From assembly GCA_013239625.1 (NCBI GenBank), contig MU056991.1, positions 24,893,539 through 24,957,538 of the forward strand: a stretch of DNA of 64,000 nucleotides, in the 5' to 3' direction. The notes beneath the pieces were generated by a model. The model searched no databases, had not been told where the DNA came from, and saw only the letters and a list, made by a program, of their open reading frames with translations. The DNA is from Lama guanicoe (taxonomy: Eukaryota). The position numbers and the translations under genes are program-made. The first letter of the stretch is position 1. Each line of letters starts with the position of its first letter. Below, piece after piece: positions 38,560-51,770 of this stretch.

Positions 38560-38735
38560 GAAGCAACTGTGCTCTGGGCGCAAGCTGATTGGACTTAACT
38601 TTATACCTGAGAGCTGTGTGGCCTTGGAGAAACTCCTGAAACTTCAAAAAAATCACCAAAATTGGAAAAATAATAAAATACATACACTGTAGGCTAACTG
38701 TGAGAATTGATTGAGTGAATCTATTTAAAGTTGAG
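38560..38735 (+). mobile_element. MIR fragment
   Basis: 'gctctgg...agctgtgtggccttggagaa...tgtgagaattgattgag'. Confidence 0.65.
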
Positions 38736-40190
38736 AAAGGTTACATTTGTAAATCCTAGAAGCTCAGTTTTTTGAAAGTCAGACCTGAATTTTGTTAGTC
38801 TTGTCACAGCAGCATGGGAATGTATACACTATTATTTTAAAGATAACAAAGAAGGGTTAAGGACAGTGCTTTGAAGTCCAAACTAGGTAGGGAGAACAAT
38901 TATAGTATATTTATAACCCAGAAATTGTATAAGAAAAAGAAGTTTAAGATAAATATTTCAGAATTAAAGCTGAGTAATAAAATGAAAACAACTTAAAAAA
39001 TAGGTCTAGATTCAAACCAAGTGCAAGGAAAAAAATCACCAGCAATTTGAGGACTATGCTGATTCAGATAAATAAGTATAAAGGATTTGGATAAATGCTT
39101 TCTTTTTTTCTACTCTAGTCTTAAAATTTGACATACACTTTTTTAAATTAAAAAATACTACAATATTAGGGATCAATTTTAATAGGTGGAGATGAATTCG
39201 AGACACTACAATAACATTTAGCCATGCTGCAGAAAATTGCTACATTAAACTGTGTTCGGATTCAATTACAGGACATGCCTCACAGAATGACTCTAACGAG
39301 GGTGTGAGGCAAAGGAAAGGAATAGAGGTTGCTCTTTTTTCTCATTTCACTTCAGTTCCCCTTCCTTCAGGGGAAGATAATGACACAGTTTTCAAAAACG
39401 AAGGTCCATGTCACACATTACATTAATGAAATAAGCAACATTTAAAAGTGGAAAGACTCTCCTGTTACCCGATGCACTGACAGGTATTGGAATGATACAG
39501 TAAGTCGTTCAATTGGAGAAAAAGCGTCAGGTAAATAGTCTGTGTTTGCCTTCAGCATTTGTTAGATCAAGCTGGAATAATGTCAGAAAATTTAAAATCT
39601 TTTAATGCATAGGAAAGACCACAGAGGAACCATTTTTCTTGCTATGAAAGCTAAGCTGTCTGTTGCCTTAAGGGAAAGAAAATAATGAATTTGGAAAGTG
39701 ACATTCATATTTTAAATATTGCCAGACTTGGTGATTTGTTTTTTATTTGCTCTGTTCTAACATAACTTGGAAGAAACTGGAAATGAATACTGATTAGAAA
39801 TTTAATCAGAGAGTAATGATGCTTTTTTTGCCCTTTTTAAACCAATGTTATTACGTTTTTCCCTAAGTCCATGCTTCCTAACAAAAACTAATGAAATTAG
39901 GACTGTGATGCAAATTCAGAAACGGCCATTGCTTTGTAAACATGCCTAAACTGTGCCAAGAGACTCTGATAAGAATACGTTTCAAAATAGGTTTAGATTG
40001 TAAAATAGTTTGTAATCCAGAAGATTAAACAGTGAGCAAAAGTCAATGATGTAATTCTCAGACCTAATGATTGAATTTATAGTTTTCTATCTCTTCAACC
40101 AGACAAAACATTTCGTTAGAGAGGGAGATCGTTTTCATTCAACGTTAATCCAACAGGTACGTGTTGAAGACCAATGCTGCAAGAGCTGCT

Positions 40191-40846
40191 TGTTGATGGT
40201 GGGAATTGAGGGGTTAACACGACAGACGTAGTTCCTACCCACGCTGATGGTCAGCCTCCTGGCAGGCAGCAACAGTCTAGTTACAAAAGTCACACTTTTG
40301 TATTTATTACCCCGAAAGGGGAAGGCCTTCTTTCTTGTCTTGTCCAAAAGAAGAATTTAGATGGGAGACAAAAGCGTCGTGTAGGTAAGATCTTAAAGAT
40401 ATCATTAGCAAAGCAAAAGTCCACCTCCAAGAACGGAAGGCAGGCTGACCCAAGGGCGGGGAGCAGCGGTCTTTGTCCCACCTGTTTCACACCCTTGCTT
40501 AGAGGTGGTCTCTTGATTAATGGCTCTTTCCTCTGGAGTTCCTAGTCATGCTCGTCCCCTTTTGGGCACGTCCTTACCCATGATGCACATAGAAAAACCC
40601 ACGGGGGTGCGGGCTAAACTGAGAGGTTAATTATATTACAATGAGCACTGGGTCGTGTCTGGTTAGGTCCTTGTCGCTCCGGTGCATTTGTCACAGCTGT
40701 CCAGTCCCCACCGGTTTCTCACTGGCGCTCATTTAGAGGGAGTAAAGCCCCTTATGCTGAAGTCGGGCACACCACCGTCTTCCAGACCCTCCTCCCTCTC
40801 CTCCACCTTGTCTTTCTGGTGCCCCCTCTTGTCTAATTACCTAACA
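40191..40846 (-). mobile_element. ERV1-class solo LTR (656 bp)
   Basis: TGTT...AACA inverted termini; 4-bp flanks tgct/tact (1 mismatch); AATAAA on minus strand at 40303-40308; interrupts L2-like sequence. Confidence 0.8.
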
Positions 40847-40974
40847 TACTGACTATGACAGGAATGTTTAGAATGTTACAAGGAGCATATAAGATGAATA
40901 CTGAACCAACCCTTGTGGGTTCGGGGCAATTTTCCTAGAGAAATAACATTTATGTCAGAGCTTTAGCCTCTTCT

Positions 40975-41112
40975 TTATTAATTTATTTATTGGGGGAGGG
41001 AGATTATTAGGTTTGTTTTTGTTTCTTGTTTTATTCTTAATGGAGGCACTGGGGATTGAACCCAGGACCTTGGGCACGCTAAGCACACACTCTACCACTG
41101 AGCTGTCCCCTC
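40975..41112 (-). mobile_element. Camelid-type tRNA-derived SINE
   Basis: 'taatggaggcactggggattgaacccaggacc...ctctaccactgagctgtcccctc' with T-rich tail. Confidence 0.92.
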
Positions 41113-41289
41113 GCTGCTAGAGCCTTAACTTCTAACCTTAAATTTTTCCCCAAGCCAGCCGTTCATGTGTGACTCTTTCTAATGTATAATCACATTTATT
41201 ACAATGAAACTTCAGTATATCAGCATCTCAATAAGTGTTTGGTGACTTGATTTTTTTTCTTCCAACAAATTTCAACATATTTCATGCTA

Positions 41290-42100
41290 TTTTTTTAAAC
41301 GGCTTTTGTCAAAGTAACACAGCTACAGAGTTTTGAAAATCATATAATATTGCCAGATGTATAATGAAAACTCCACCCCATGTGCACATGGCACTCTTCA
41401 AAAGCAACCACCTGAAATATTTTAGCTATTGCTTCACGTGCTTGCCTGTATATTCTCAACGTTACTCTTACTCCGTTTTAGACGCTATTGCTTTTCCTCT
41501 GCAGGAGATGAACATTCAGCGTTCGTCTACCACAAACATTCACATCTGAGCAGAACGCGTCTCACACACAAGCACACAGTCACGAGAGCATTTTCTTCCC
41601 TAACTTCCTTACTATGGTTATATCACAAGCTGTCACTATTTCTGTTACATAAGCAGAGATAACTCCTACACTAAAACTGCATTATTAATTTCGCTATTAT
41701 TTGTTACCCAGGATGAATAATTTCTTAATCATCTGAGATACATGGTTAAACATGGCAGATTGAATACTTGTGTTTATGTCCATACCCTCCTAGGTGCAGA
41801 CTTTCTTACCCTCTTCCTGTTTTCAGTATAGCTTCTAAACCCTGTTCTCAACTGTGCTCAACATCCTGGAGAACCTCCTCATCTTTTGCCTGGAATTATC
41901 CTCCATCTCCCTGCTGAGACGATGCTAGATCTGGGGGTGGAGGAAGCAGAGGGGGAGTGGAGTCTAACTGGTTCTAGATGCTTTTAAGCAGCAAGTTCTC
42001 GGTCTCACTCCTAATTTCTGGTATCCCTGACTTGTCCAGATTTCTACGCTATGAATTAACTTGCTTTTGTCAATTTATTCATCTTCAGACTTCCTAGAGC
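41290..42100 (-). mobile_element. Old L1ME-type fragments
   Basis: 'tttcttaccctcttcctgttttcagtatagcttct' and 'tgcttttaagcagc' resemble degraded antisense L1ME. Confidence 0.45.
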
Positions 42101-42724
42101 ATCGCTTATCAAGTCCTGTCTGACATTACACCCCATGTACTAACACCCTGCTGCTGAGAACTGTGCTGACCAGGCTGTTTGTGACTCCCAGGACTTCAGC
42201 CAGTTTAAGACTAGATTCTGGCTTGCCGTAATCTATGGCTGTGACCTTAGCTGAATTGCTCTGCCAATTCCGGACCTTGCTTGCTTTTTATTCCTGCACA
42301 CCCAGGGGAAAAGTAACGTCCTCCAGCTCTTCCCCGTGTGAGTTTCACGCCTGCTCAGAACAGAACGTGTTGCATCTGGAATAATCGTAAGCCTTTCCCT
42401 GCTGAGCTTTAGACCTGACACATCACTTCATTTCTTTCCGTACCTGCTCTGTGTATCCTCCGTGCACGCCCTAAACAGCAACAGCCCTAAGGATCTTTAG
42501 TCAGACTTTGTTTACCTAAATCCTGGTTTAGATTTTTGTGGAGAACAAGGATATGTAGAGGGTATTGTTTTGTCTTTATAGCAAAATTACTACTATTTTT
42601 TTACATGAAATTCTAAACTTTGATATGAAAAAAATCAAACTTACACGATGTATTTATTTTCCTTTTAACTCTAAGTTCTACTTTTTCCTGAAGAAATAGC
42701 ATCAGCTCTTAATATATTCTGAAA

Positions 42725-42975
42725 GGCAGTGCAATATGCTGGTAAAGGAAGTGGGATCTAGAGCACACCTGAATCCAGATTCTGCCGCTAACTCAGGGTG
42801 TGGCCTTATTCAAGTTACTCTATTCCACGAGCTTCTGCTTTGCACCTGGAAAACAGAGACCATCATGGTAACGACTGTGCCTTAGAGTTTTTTAAGGATT
42901 ACCTATATTAATATATATGAAGCTGGTATAAGGTGTCCAACACATTGTACACATTTTGGAAATATTTGCTTTCTT
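42725..42975 (+). mobile_element. MIR
   Basis: 'aggcagtg..tggtaaagg...gaatccagattctgccgctaact..gtgtggcctt..caagttact...aaggattac'. Confidence 0.8.
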
Positions 42976-44134
42976 TATTATTTGGAGTCCTTGCATTTGG
43001 CACAAGATTAATTTTATTAATATCTGGAATTTTTAATTGAATATCTAGAGCATATCAATTACCAATGGAAGAAACCAATCTGCATACAGTAGAAGTTTAT
43101 TAAGCTACTTCTCTGACACATGAACTTCTAACCATCTCTTCAGATATGGCCAGGGCATTCAATTTTATCCAACTCCCACTAAATTACTGTACAGTTTGAC
43201 TTGTTTGAAAATTCTCTTATGTTGCAATACATTTGTTTCATTGTAATTTCCCCTCAATCATTGCTTCTAATATTTAATTAGAGATGAAGGTGGAAAATAT
43301 ATCCATTGCCTCCCATTCATGAGTGTCTCAAGTCTTTAGACACATCGGATGCAGAATATTCTTAAGTTAGCTGAATTTGATTTCTCTGATTGGAACCAAA
43401 AAAGTCTTGACGAATATAATGACATTTATTCTTTACCAGCATGCTTTGTGTATTTTTCTTGACTAACCAAAAGAGTTCCCAAAGCATTATCCAATCCGTG
43501 TTACCATTTTAATTCACAGGAGTTATGGTCAAACTCCTATTGAAACGAAAACATTAGCCTTATTGTCAACCTCCCATAATCTGTCAGCCCAAGGATACCA
43601 TCCAAGAAGTGATCAGCAACAGACAGAGCTGCATTTAAAACCAAGTTTGGAATGTGCATACCTATGGGCCACTTAGAGCAGAGGAATAGCTCCAGCAAAA
43701 CCATCACCCATTGTGCACGCAGAGTCAGAGTCCTTCCCAGATCAGAACAGAGTGTCGGGACGATTAAGAACCACAGTCTTATAAGAATTCAGCCAATTCA
43801 GGGCCTTTACTGTCTCCAAGAGCCCATCTCATTTTATGTCTGATCAGGTCAATGTAAACTGTGTTTTCATTATTTAAATGCAAAAAAAAAAAATCATTAC
43901 TAAAGGAGACTGAGGAGTTTCATATTACCAGGACAGAATGCTTCCGTTTAAGTGCATCTTGACACCACACTTCTGAGAGGAAAGCTAATTGCTTTTGGTT
44001 AACTCAGTGACTCCTGCCCCACTGATAACGTTGAGGGTTTGTTGTTTTATATTATTGTTGCTCATGACTTTCTTTTCTTAGATAAAGGTGATTTAAAGTG
44101 CCCCCAAAGGCTTACAATGGAAAGTCAAGCCACA

Positions 44135-44272
44135 TTTCATTTTGTTTTATAATTAGAAATTCAAAAACCATCCAGTTCTAATTAAAATCGCCTGGGATAG
44201 TTGCAAAATGAAATGAGTTTTCATTTTGTTTTATAATTAGAAATTCAAAAACCATCCAGTTCTAATTAAAAT
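44135..44272 (+). repeat. Perfect 54-bp direct duplication with 30-bp spacer
   Basis: 44135-44188 is identical to 44219-44272. Confidence 0.97.
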
Positions 44273-47189
44273 TGAGAAACAATAAATGCAAAAATTGTCA
44301 AACTCATCATCGCTAGTATCATTGACTTATTTCATTGCATAAGTTGGTGCCATTAAAAACTTGTTCATCTCAGGGGATTATAAATAAACACTAAGGATTT
44401 TTTGCAGAATACACATTTATGTTTTGCAAGGTCATAGCTCTGGCATCATCTAAAAATATTTGGACGTTTTCTGTTTAGCAATTTGCAGCCTGCTATATGG
44501 CGATTCAATAGGCATTTGATTTTTTTATTTAAGAGTTTTTAACTTTAAAACTCTAACCATGGCGAATTTGAATGCATCTAACTGAAAAAAAATGGCAAGA
44601 CCTTATTTTTTATATAGTGACCCAATGCAAGGGATTTTGTTCTCTGAACCACTGTGAGGTTCTACAAAGGAGATTTCATCTGTTTTGCTGTGTTTCAGCA
44701 AAAGCCTCAATATATCACCAAGCACAGTACCTCCGTTCAAACTGAACCCCTCTACGACTTGCTCAGGTAAGCTGTAACAAATAACATTTCAATTTCTGTG
44801 TTTCACCTGTTATTTCCCTCATATTTCATTCATCTTTCCCCAGTGTCAGTTGTCCCTAAGGAGCAAGCTACAAGAGCCCAAAAAGAGAAAGAACATTGTT
44901 AGTTTGGAAACTACGTAGTTTATCAAAAAGAGAGGTTATTATGTCTGTCAAATTATTGCTTAGACAGAGCATGTTCATATGATATTATAAAAATGTAGGT
45001 ATTATAAGCATAATAAAAAAGTAAAAGAAGAAAATTTAAAAGGCTTCATGGAAGCAGTACAAAATAATCTTTGGGCTTAAGGGCCCGATTAAAGAAATAT
45101 AATTCTTAGGGTAGATTTTTCATTGGCAATCTGTAGAGATTACCTATCTTTTCTCCCTTACTCTACACTGTGTGTCTTCTTGTATGTTTGTGACTGTGTT
45201 ACTATATTTTATGGCCATGGTATGTGACCATATTATTGTGAATCCTCCTGAAATTGTTGCTGAAATATCAATGAGTGTAATTAAACAAAACTAAAACATA
45301 CAATACTTAAGTTTTTTTTTCTAAGAAGTACTTTTGGACTCCTAGACCCTATCTTAAGCAAACTGTTCTGTATCACAGCTGCCATTGGTTTCATCCCTGA
45401 GATGTTCATGTGTCATTTCTGGCTTGGCTATGAGTAGCGATCATTTGATCAAGTTAGTGTTTCAAAATGGTATTGGCATTTTTAGGTCTGTAATGTTCTT
45501 TTGAAAAGATAGCAACTGAAATTTGTAGCACAGAAACTAAATATATTTTTCAAAGGTCCAAATTAAGTTATAAAAGTCACATCTAGATCAATATTAATAA
45601 AAATTATAAACTAAATTAATTTTTCATGAGTATACTTGGGTAAATATCTGAGTTGTTTGAGAAGCCTTAAATTCTTCATAAAGATACACACACATTTGTA
45701 GATACACACATGTATATTTAAAACTTTGTCCTCAATACTTTTTAGAACTTATCTGATACCTAACAGCAAATGCAGAGCAGAGGGAAGTACTGTTCTCACA
45801 ATTAGTTCCAGGCGCTTCACTCTTCATTTTTCACTCAACTGGCTCCTGAGCAGTAAACTTAGTAAGTCAGCAGGGGTGGCATACAAGAAAAATCCTGCTC
45901 TTGAATATATGGTAAAATGTATTATTTAAAATATTTCTTGTATTTAAAATATGATTTTCAGGTAACAGTTTCTACTGTGTTGAATGAAGCTTTCTAGGCG
46001 CGTTCTCATATGAACTTCCTCATAAAACCCTCTCTAGCCTGTAGGCAGATTCAAAATGCGAGGCCATAAGGATGGTCTGAAGGATACGATGTGACTATGC
46101 TGGGGAGTCTAGCTCATGTCCTGTATTACAATGAGAAGCAAGCATGTAGGAAAGCTAAGGAGAAGGTGGTCAGTCCAGGTGAGGACCAGGCAGTGGTCAA
46201 AGAAGAAGTTAAGGCGAGCAGCCCTGACTCACTGGATATTGTGCAAAGGGAACGCTGTTGCTTCCTCCAGGGGTTCTATTGCTGGGCATCCGACGCTGTG
46301 TGAGGTGCTGAGGAATCTCAGTATTTACCTGTTTCGTGCACACCTTGCCTCTTTCACGATTATCCATGTTCAGTCAACTTTTCGAACGGTTTAGCAACAC
46401 CGTATTTTGATATTTGGAGAGAGCTGATTTACGGTTGGACTGGAAATGCTGTTTCTTGGTCTCTGGGGCATCCAGATGTATGGTTCTTAAATCTTAGACA
46501 AAGCAAGGGCAGTGGAATGGATGTGCTGTTTTGAGTTTGGAATCCACCTGAGTGACCACCAGTCTTAGTTTCTTTACTAGCAGTTTGCAACTATCCCAGG
46601 CGATTCAAAGAACCCAGCTTGATCACTGAAAGGGCTACTGACAGCTTTTTCCAGGGAGGACTCCCGAAGCCAAAATTCCTTGCACTGATCTTGGAGGTTC
46701 AAGCCAGAAACAGGCATGATGAAGCTTGGGGAGCTGACCGGGCAGACCGCCTCTCAGCCCTCCGAGGCGTGCCTGCACGCCTTCTCTCGGCCTCACCTCC
46801 TCTGCTTATACGTGTCTACTGTGCCGGGATTCTGGTGAGTTCCCTCAGAACGACATAACGGTGCAATGTTTGGATTTTGGTATATCTTTCAGCGTTGGTC
46901 AGAGACCTAGTGTTTAGGTCCCCTTTAAAGTCCTGAAACATGAATGACTTTCAAACACCATATACGCCAGCTGGTATGAAAGCAGCTTTGCCCAACTTTG
47001 CCTTGTTTTTCTTTTCAACAGCCTTCCCAAGGAAGTTCTCAGTCTGACCCGTGTCAGTATCTCCCAGAGGCTAAGGTGCCCAACAGCCGAGCGGAACTCA
47101 GAGGGTCCTCTGCCTCCAAGTGTGTCCCCAGCCGGTCAGGCTCCGGTGGGAAACAGCACGGATGGCTTAGATCCAAACTCACGATTCAG

Positions 47190-47620
47190 TGTAGGATATA
47201 CAACCTCCGTCCAGTCATGAGAAAAACATCTGGCGAATTCTAATTGAAGACATGCTAGAAAGCACCACTTGACAAGTACTCTTCAAACTGGCAAGATCTC
47301 CAAAAACAAGACAATTCTGAGAAACTGTCACAGATGAGAGAAGCCTAAGAATACAAGACTGCTAAATGCAACACGATATCCTGGCTGGGATCCTGGAACA
47401 GCAAGATGACATTAGATGAAAAATGAAGGAAATCTGAACAAAGTATGGGCTTTAATTAACAACAGTGTATCACTGTCGGCCCTTGACTGGGATGAATGAA
47501 CCAGACTAACGTCAGATGTTAATGGGAAAACTGGGTGTGGAGTATATGGGGACTCTCTGTAGTATCTTTGTAATTTTTATGTAAATTTAAAAATATTCTA
47601 GAAGAGTTTATTTTAAAAGG
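47190..47620 (+). mobile_element. L1MC/L1MD 3' terminus
   Basis: 'ctgagaaactgtcacag', 'gggatcctggaacag', 'gaaatctgaacaaagtatgg', 'tatatggggactctctgt'. Confidence 0.88.
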
Positions 47621-48574
47621 CATTCTAATGCAATATTTTCTTCCTATGAATTGTTTTATCTTTTATAACATGTATGGTATAGAAAACAAAACACATTTAA
47701 ATCACACTAAAATTTTTCAAAGCAACAGTTACATTTCCAATATATCCTAGGCATTTCACACATCAAGAACAGAGTGGCAAGCATGCAAGATTTTCAAGAG
47801 CACCTAGAGTCAATATTTGTGACTATTAAGGTAAACAAGGGCTACTAATGAAAATTTCACCAAAATCATGAGTCTAATTTCTATCATTTTGCATCTATCA
47901 CATGGTCAAATGCGATGTTTTTTCAGAATGTACTTACAATTTACATTTTTCTATGACCTGAAGAGAAATATTTGTCAAAGTAAAAATACTCAGAGTTCTT
48001 TGGTAAGAAAGGTTTTTATTAGAGTTTGAATTTATATGTCTTATTAAATAAGTCGTTGGGTGTTGTTTATTAAGTATATGCTTATTGTGTTGATCTGGAT
48101 CACTCTAAGTAACTTAGGGGTATTTTCTAGGACAGTCATGATTCAGAATTCTCTCAAACTAAATCTTTGATGGTTTAAGTATTTTATTTTACTACTTTAG
48201 ATTTAATTTTCATGACAATAATACATTTGCAAATATGGTTATTCAACAAATATAGCAAATCATCATCATCCATAATCCCACAATTCAGAAAAAGTCACTA
48301 AATATCAAACTCTTTAATTGTTATGTGAATAACATCATTTTAAAATATTTTCTTAGGGTAGAATTGAGTCAAAAGGTCAGAGCATTTTAAGATAATTTTG
48401 ATACACATTTCTCATTCAAATAGTTACGTACTTTGATAACACAGCCAGGAAATGTAAGGGTTAATCCAGATACTACATCATCATGAGTATTTCATATCAC
48501 TCATTAATATTCACTAATCTGTTGAAGAAATGACTTAACTTGCAATTCTGAAATAACAGTGAAGTTAACATTTT

Positions 48575-49870
48575 GGATAAACTTATGGGAAAATGCACAT
48601 AAACGTCTATCTCCAGCCATATACAAAAATCAATTCCAGAGGAATATAGATCAGAACGCAGAGGTCAAACAATAAATCTTTCATAAGACAATGTAAGAAA
48701 ATATTGTCATGACCTTAGGGTACGGAAATAGTTCTTTAAAAGGAAACAACTGAATTACTGGCAAAGAAGTATTAATTGATTACTATTTTAAAATTAAGAA
48801 TTTATGTTCATCAACAAAACTTAAAGATTGAAAATGTGAGCCACAAAATGGAAGAAGATATTTGCAGTCAATTTAGCTGACAGGAGACTTTTATTTGGAT
48901 CATATAAAGAACTAGTCTAAAACAACAAGGAAAAGACTTATTGGTAGAAAATAAAGAATATGAAAATCAAATAGAGATTTCTTTTTTTTTGATTACCACA
49001 ATAAGTTTAATGAATATCAAATAGAGATTTCTAAAACAAGATATCCAAAAGCCTGGTAAACTTATGAAAATGCTAAACGTTATTAGTCAGTCATTGCAGA
49101 AATGCAAATTAACCCCACAGCTGAGCTACTGCTATAATTTCACCAGAAAAGCTACATTAAAAAGAACAAGAGAGAGATTCCTGAGATGTGGAATAACCAG
49201 AATCCTTATGTATTTCTAGTGAAAGTGTAAATTCAGAAAACCGATTAAGGAAACTATGAAATGATCTGATTCATTTAAATGTGCACATCTATGATCTGGC
49301 AAGCCCCTCTCATATTTACGCAAAATAGAAGAGTACATATGAAAAACAGAAATTATGTATTATATTGGTGTTACATAATATAATACTCATTTTATATTAC
49401 TTTCATATTATTTTAATAATATTACTTTATATTATTTTTAACAGCCCAAAGTAGCAAACACCCCAAACGTCCATTAACACTAATGTGAATAAATGAATAG
49501 GATTATAGTAATAAAACAAAATGCTACAGCCATACGCAAGAACAAGAATAGATTTCAAACACATAAGCTGGAGGAAAAACAGGCACAGAAGAATGTGTAT
49601 TTTATTATTTGATTTACATATATTTCAAAAACAGAAGTCCTATCATGGGTTAAAAGTCAGAGCAACTTTACTTTTGAGAATAGGTGAGAGGTTCATAATT
49701 TGAAGGGGATGTGAAATTTGTTTCTAAATTTCTAGGAATATTCTATTTTTTGACCTAGTAGTGGTTACATGGTTATGTTCATTATGTAAAGTTTGTTTAA
49801 CTGTGCATTCATGATACAGGCATTTTCTCTCTATATATTAAATTTCAATGAGATATTTTAAAATTATTAA
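48575..49870 (+). mobile_element. L1ME-type ORF2 end and 3' UTR
   Basis: 'caaaaatcaattccaga', 'aatggaagaagatatttgca', 'gaaatgcaaatt', 'gtggttacatgg'. Confidence 0.85.
48983..49015 (-). mobile_element. Micro-retrocopy (poly(A)-tailed, ~33 bp) with 17-bp TSD
   Basis: TSD 'atcaaatagagatttct' at 48966-48982 and 49016-49032; minus strand insert 'attcATTAAActtattgtggtaatc(A)8'. Confidence 0.75.
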
Positions 49871-50000
49871 TGCAGTTTAGTAGCTGTTTTAATAAATAGT
49901 ACATTTTAAATTTTCAAAGAGTAATTGTATGAAGGTCCAATTGAAAAATAAAAGACAGTGTTTTCTAGTCTCTTGAATTGTTCTGTGTCCAGGAATATGG

Positions 50001-51195
50001 AAACCAAAGCAATAAGAAGAAGATTGGGGAAGAAAATAAATAAAATAAATGTGCCATTTGCATAGAACATGTATTATTTGCATAGAACAGTACATGACAT
50101 TGGAGTCACAGGGTTACATCTTACGGCTAGTTCATTAGAAGTTACTGTGTTCAATTTAAGTGAACAAGAAGTGTAGAGCATCACTTGATTTGTGGAATAC
50201 CCCTGAATGGCTAGCCCGATGTGCATCTCAAACGACATAATCATATTTTATATTTGGGGAAGGATACAGAAGAGCTCAAATAGGTAACAGAAATGATTTC
50301 CCAGTGAACACCTGGCTGACGGTCACCATTAATCTATTCTAGAATGTGGTTTCGAATGTCACATTAAGTTGTAAGTTATTATTCCTATAAAATTCTAAGT
50401 TGCTAGGACACCACGACCAATGGTGAGTAACTGATCAGGATGTAATAATAATTTATTTACAAATTTAAAAAATATTTTCTGTGCCGTCAAGCCTGCTGAT
50501 ACAGCATGTTCCACTATTTTGTAAAACATCTTCAAAGGATCTGAAATAAATTCTAAACACCATTGAAAAAAAACAGCAGCATATGAGCAGAGCCAGGAAA
50601 TTGCCTTCAAAAAGAAAGATCAGATTTAACGTTAGGAAAATACAAGTTCTAGTTAAATGTACATGCAAAGCAGTCATCATCTTATAACTCTGGATGCGCT
50701 ATTGAGATGCATGTAAAAATGCCCCGGTCGTTGCGTAACACCAGTGGCCTTGTGTGAGAAGCTGCAGGGGAGAAAGAGGATGAAGAGGATGGGCCTGAGG
50801 TCACAGTCTGTCACTTACCAGATGTGAGACAATTTGAACTCTCAATCCAAAAAAAAAAAAAAATAAGTGGGAGGTGGAATAGTATTTCCCACCAAGGTAT
50901 TTGATAAGCCTGCTTTAGAATTTCTCTTTGTCTCTGTCACAAACAGGTGAAAAATCTGTGTGGTCTGATTAAAGACCTCTGATAAATGTTTTATAAATGT
51001 TCCTACAGTTTCATTGATCAAGGAATAGATTAAAATACGGCTCTGTGTTTGATTCTTGAGTTGTCATCAGAAACTCTTTGTTTCTTGTTATCCCAATGAC
51101 ATGTACTGTTCTATGCAAATATTACATGTTCTAAGCAAATGACACATTTATTTAATTTATTTACTTCCCCAATCTTCTTCTCATTGCTTTGGTTT
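50001..51195. repeat. Inverted repeat: 103-bp arms (50001-50103 and 51093-51195), 989-bp spacer
   Basis: Hand alignment: 96/103 identical, ungapped. Confidence 0.97.
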
Positions 51196-51489
51196 AAGGA
51201 TATGTTGTCCAAATATATCTCCCCGCATAAAGGGTAATTTTATGATCCAATTATAGTTCTCAATCATGATACCTGGTATGAAATTTATTCATCCATAGAG
51301 GCTTGTTTTACTGCAAGCACATTAATCAGTATAATGAATGCAGGTGAGTAAAACTGTAAATATGCTACAGAAAATGCAAGGAAGATGCATAAGTAATTAC
51401 CATATTATGTGGCATTAACTATTTCATCTTTTATATATATTAACCAAGAGTAATAATTAATGGAAAGCCTTCTGGAAGGAAATATGAAT

Positions 51490-51770
51490 TTAGCTATATT
51501 TATTCCATCAGTAAAGTGTGTTTAGTGAACATCTACTTTGTGCCAGCAAATGTAATCTATAAAGAAGGAATATAAAAGGAACTAGGCATATGAATCTCTG
51601 TTTCAACAGAACTTAACATTTGTGGGAAGGAGAGAGAGGATAAATGAGTAAGCAAATGAGTAGATGTCTATGTTCAGATAGTGATAAATGTCGTCAAGAA
51701 AATGAAACTGATGTGAATAGTTGAAGACGACAGGCAGAGAATATGAGCAAGGTGGTCAGGGACGTCTGGT
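51490..51770 (-). mobile_element. L2 3' end
   Basis: 'tttagtgaacatctactttgtgccag', 'gatagtgataaatg', 'aaggtggtcaggga'. Confidence 0.75.

Noticed and set aside
18172-41112. Three tRNA-like A/B-box sequences as tRNA genes
   Set aside because: No full cloverleaf, AT-rich tails and mutual divergence show they are SINEs.
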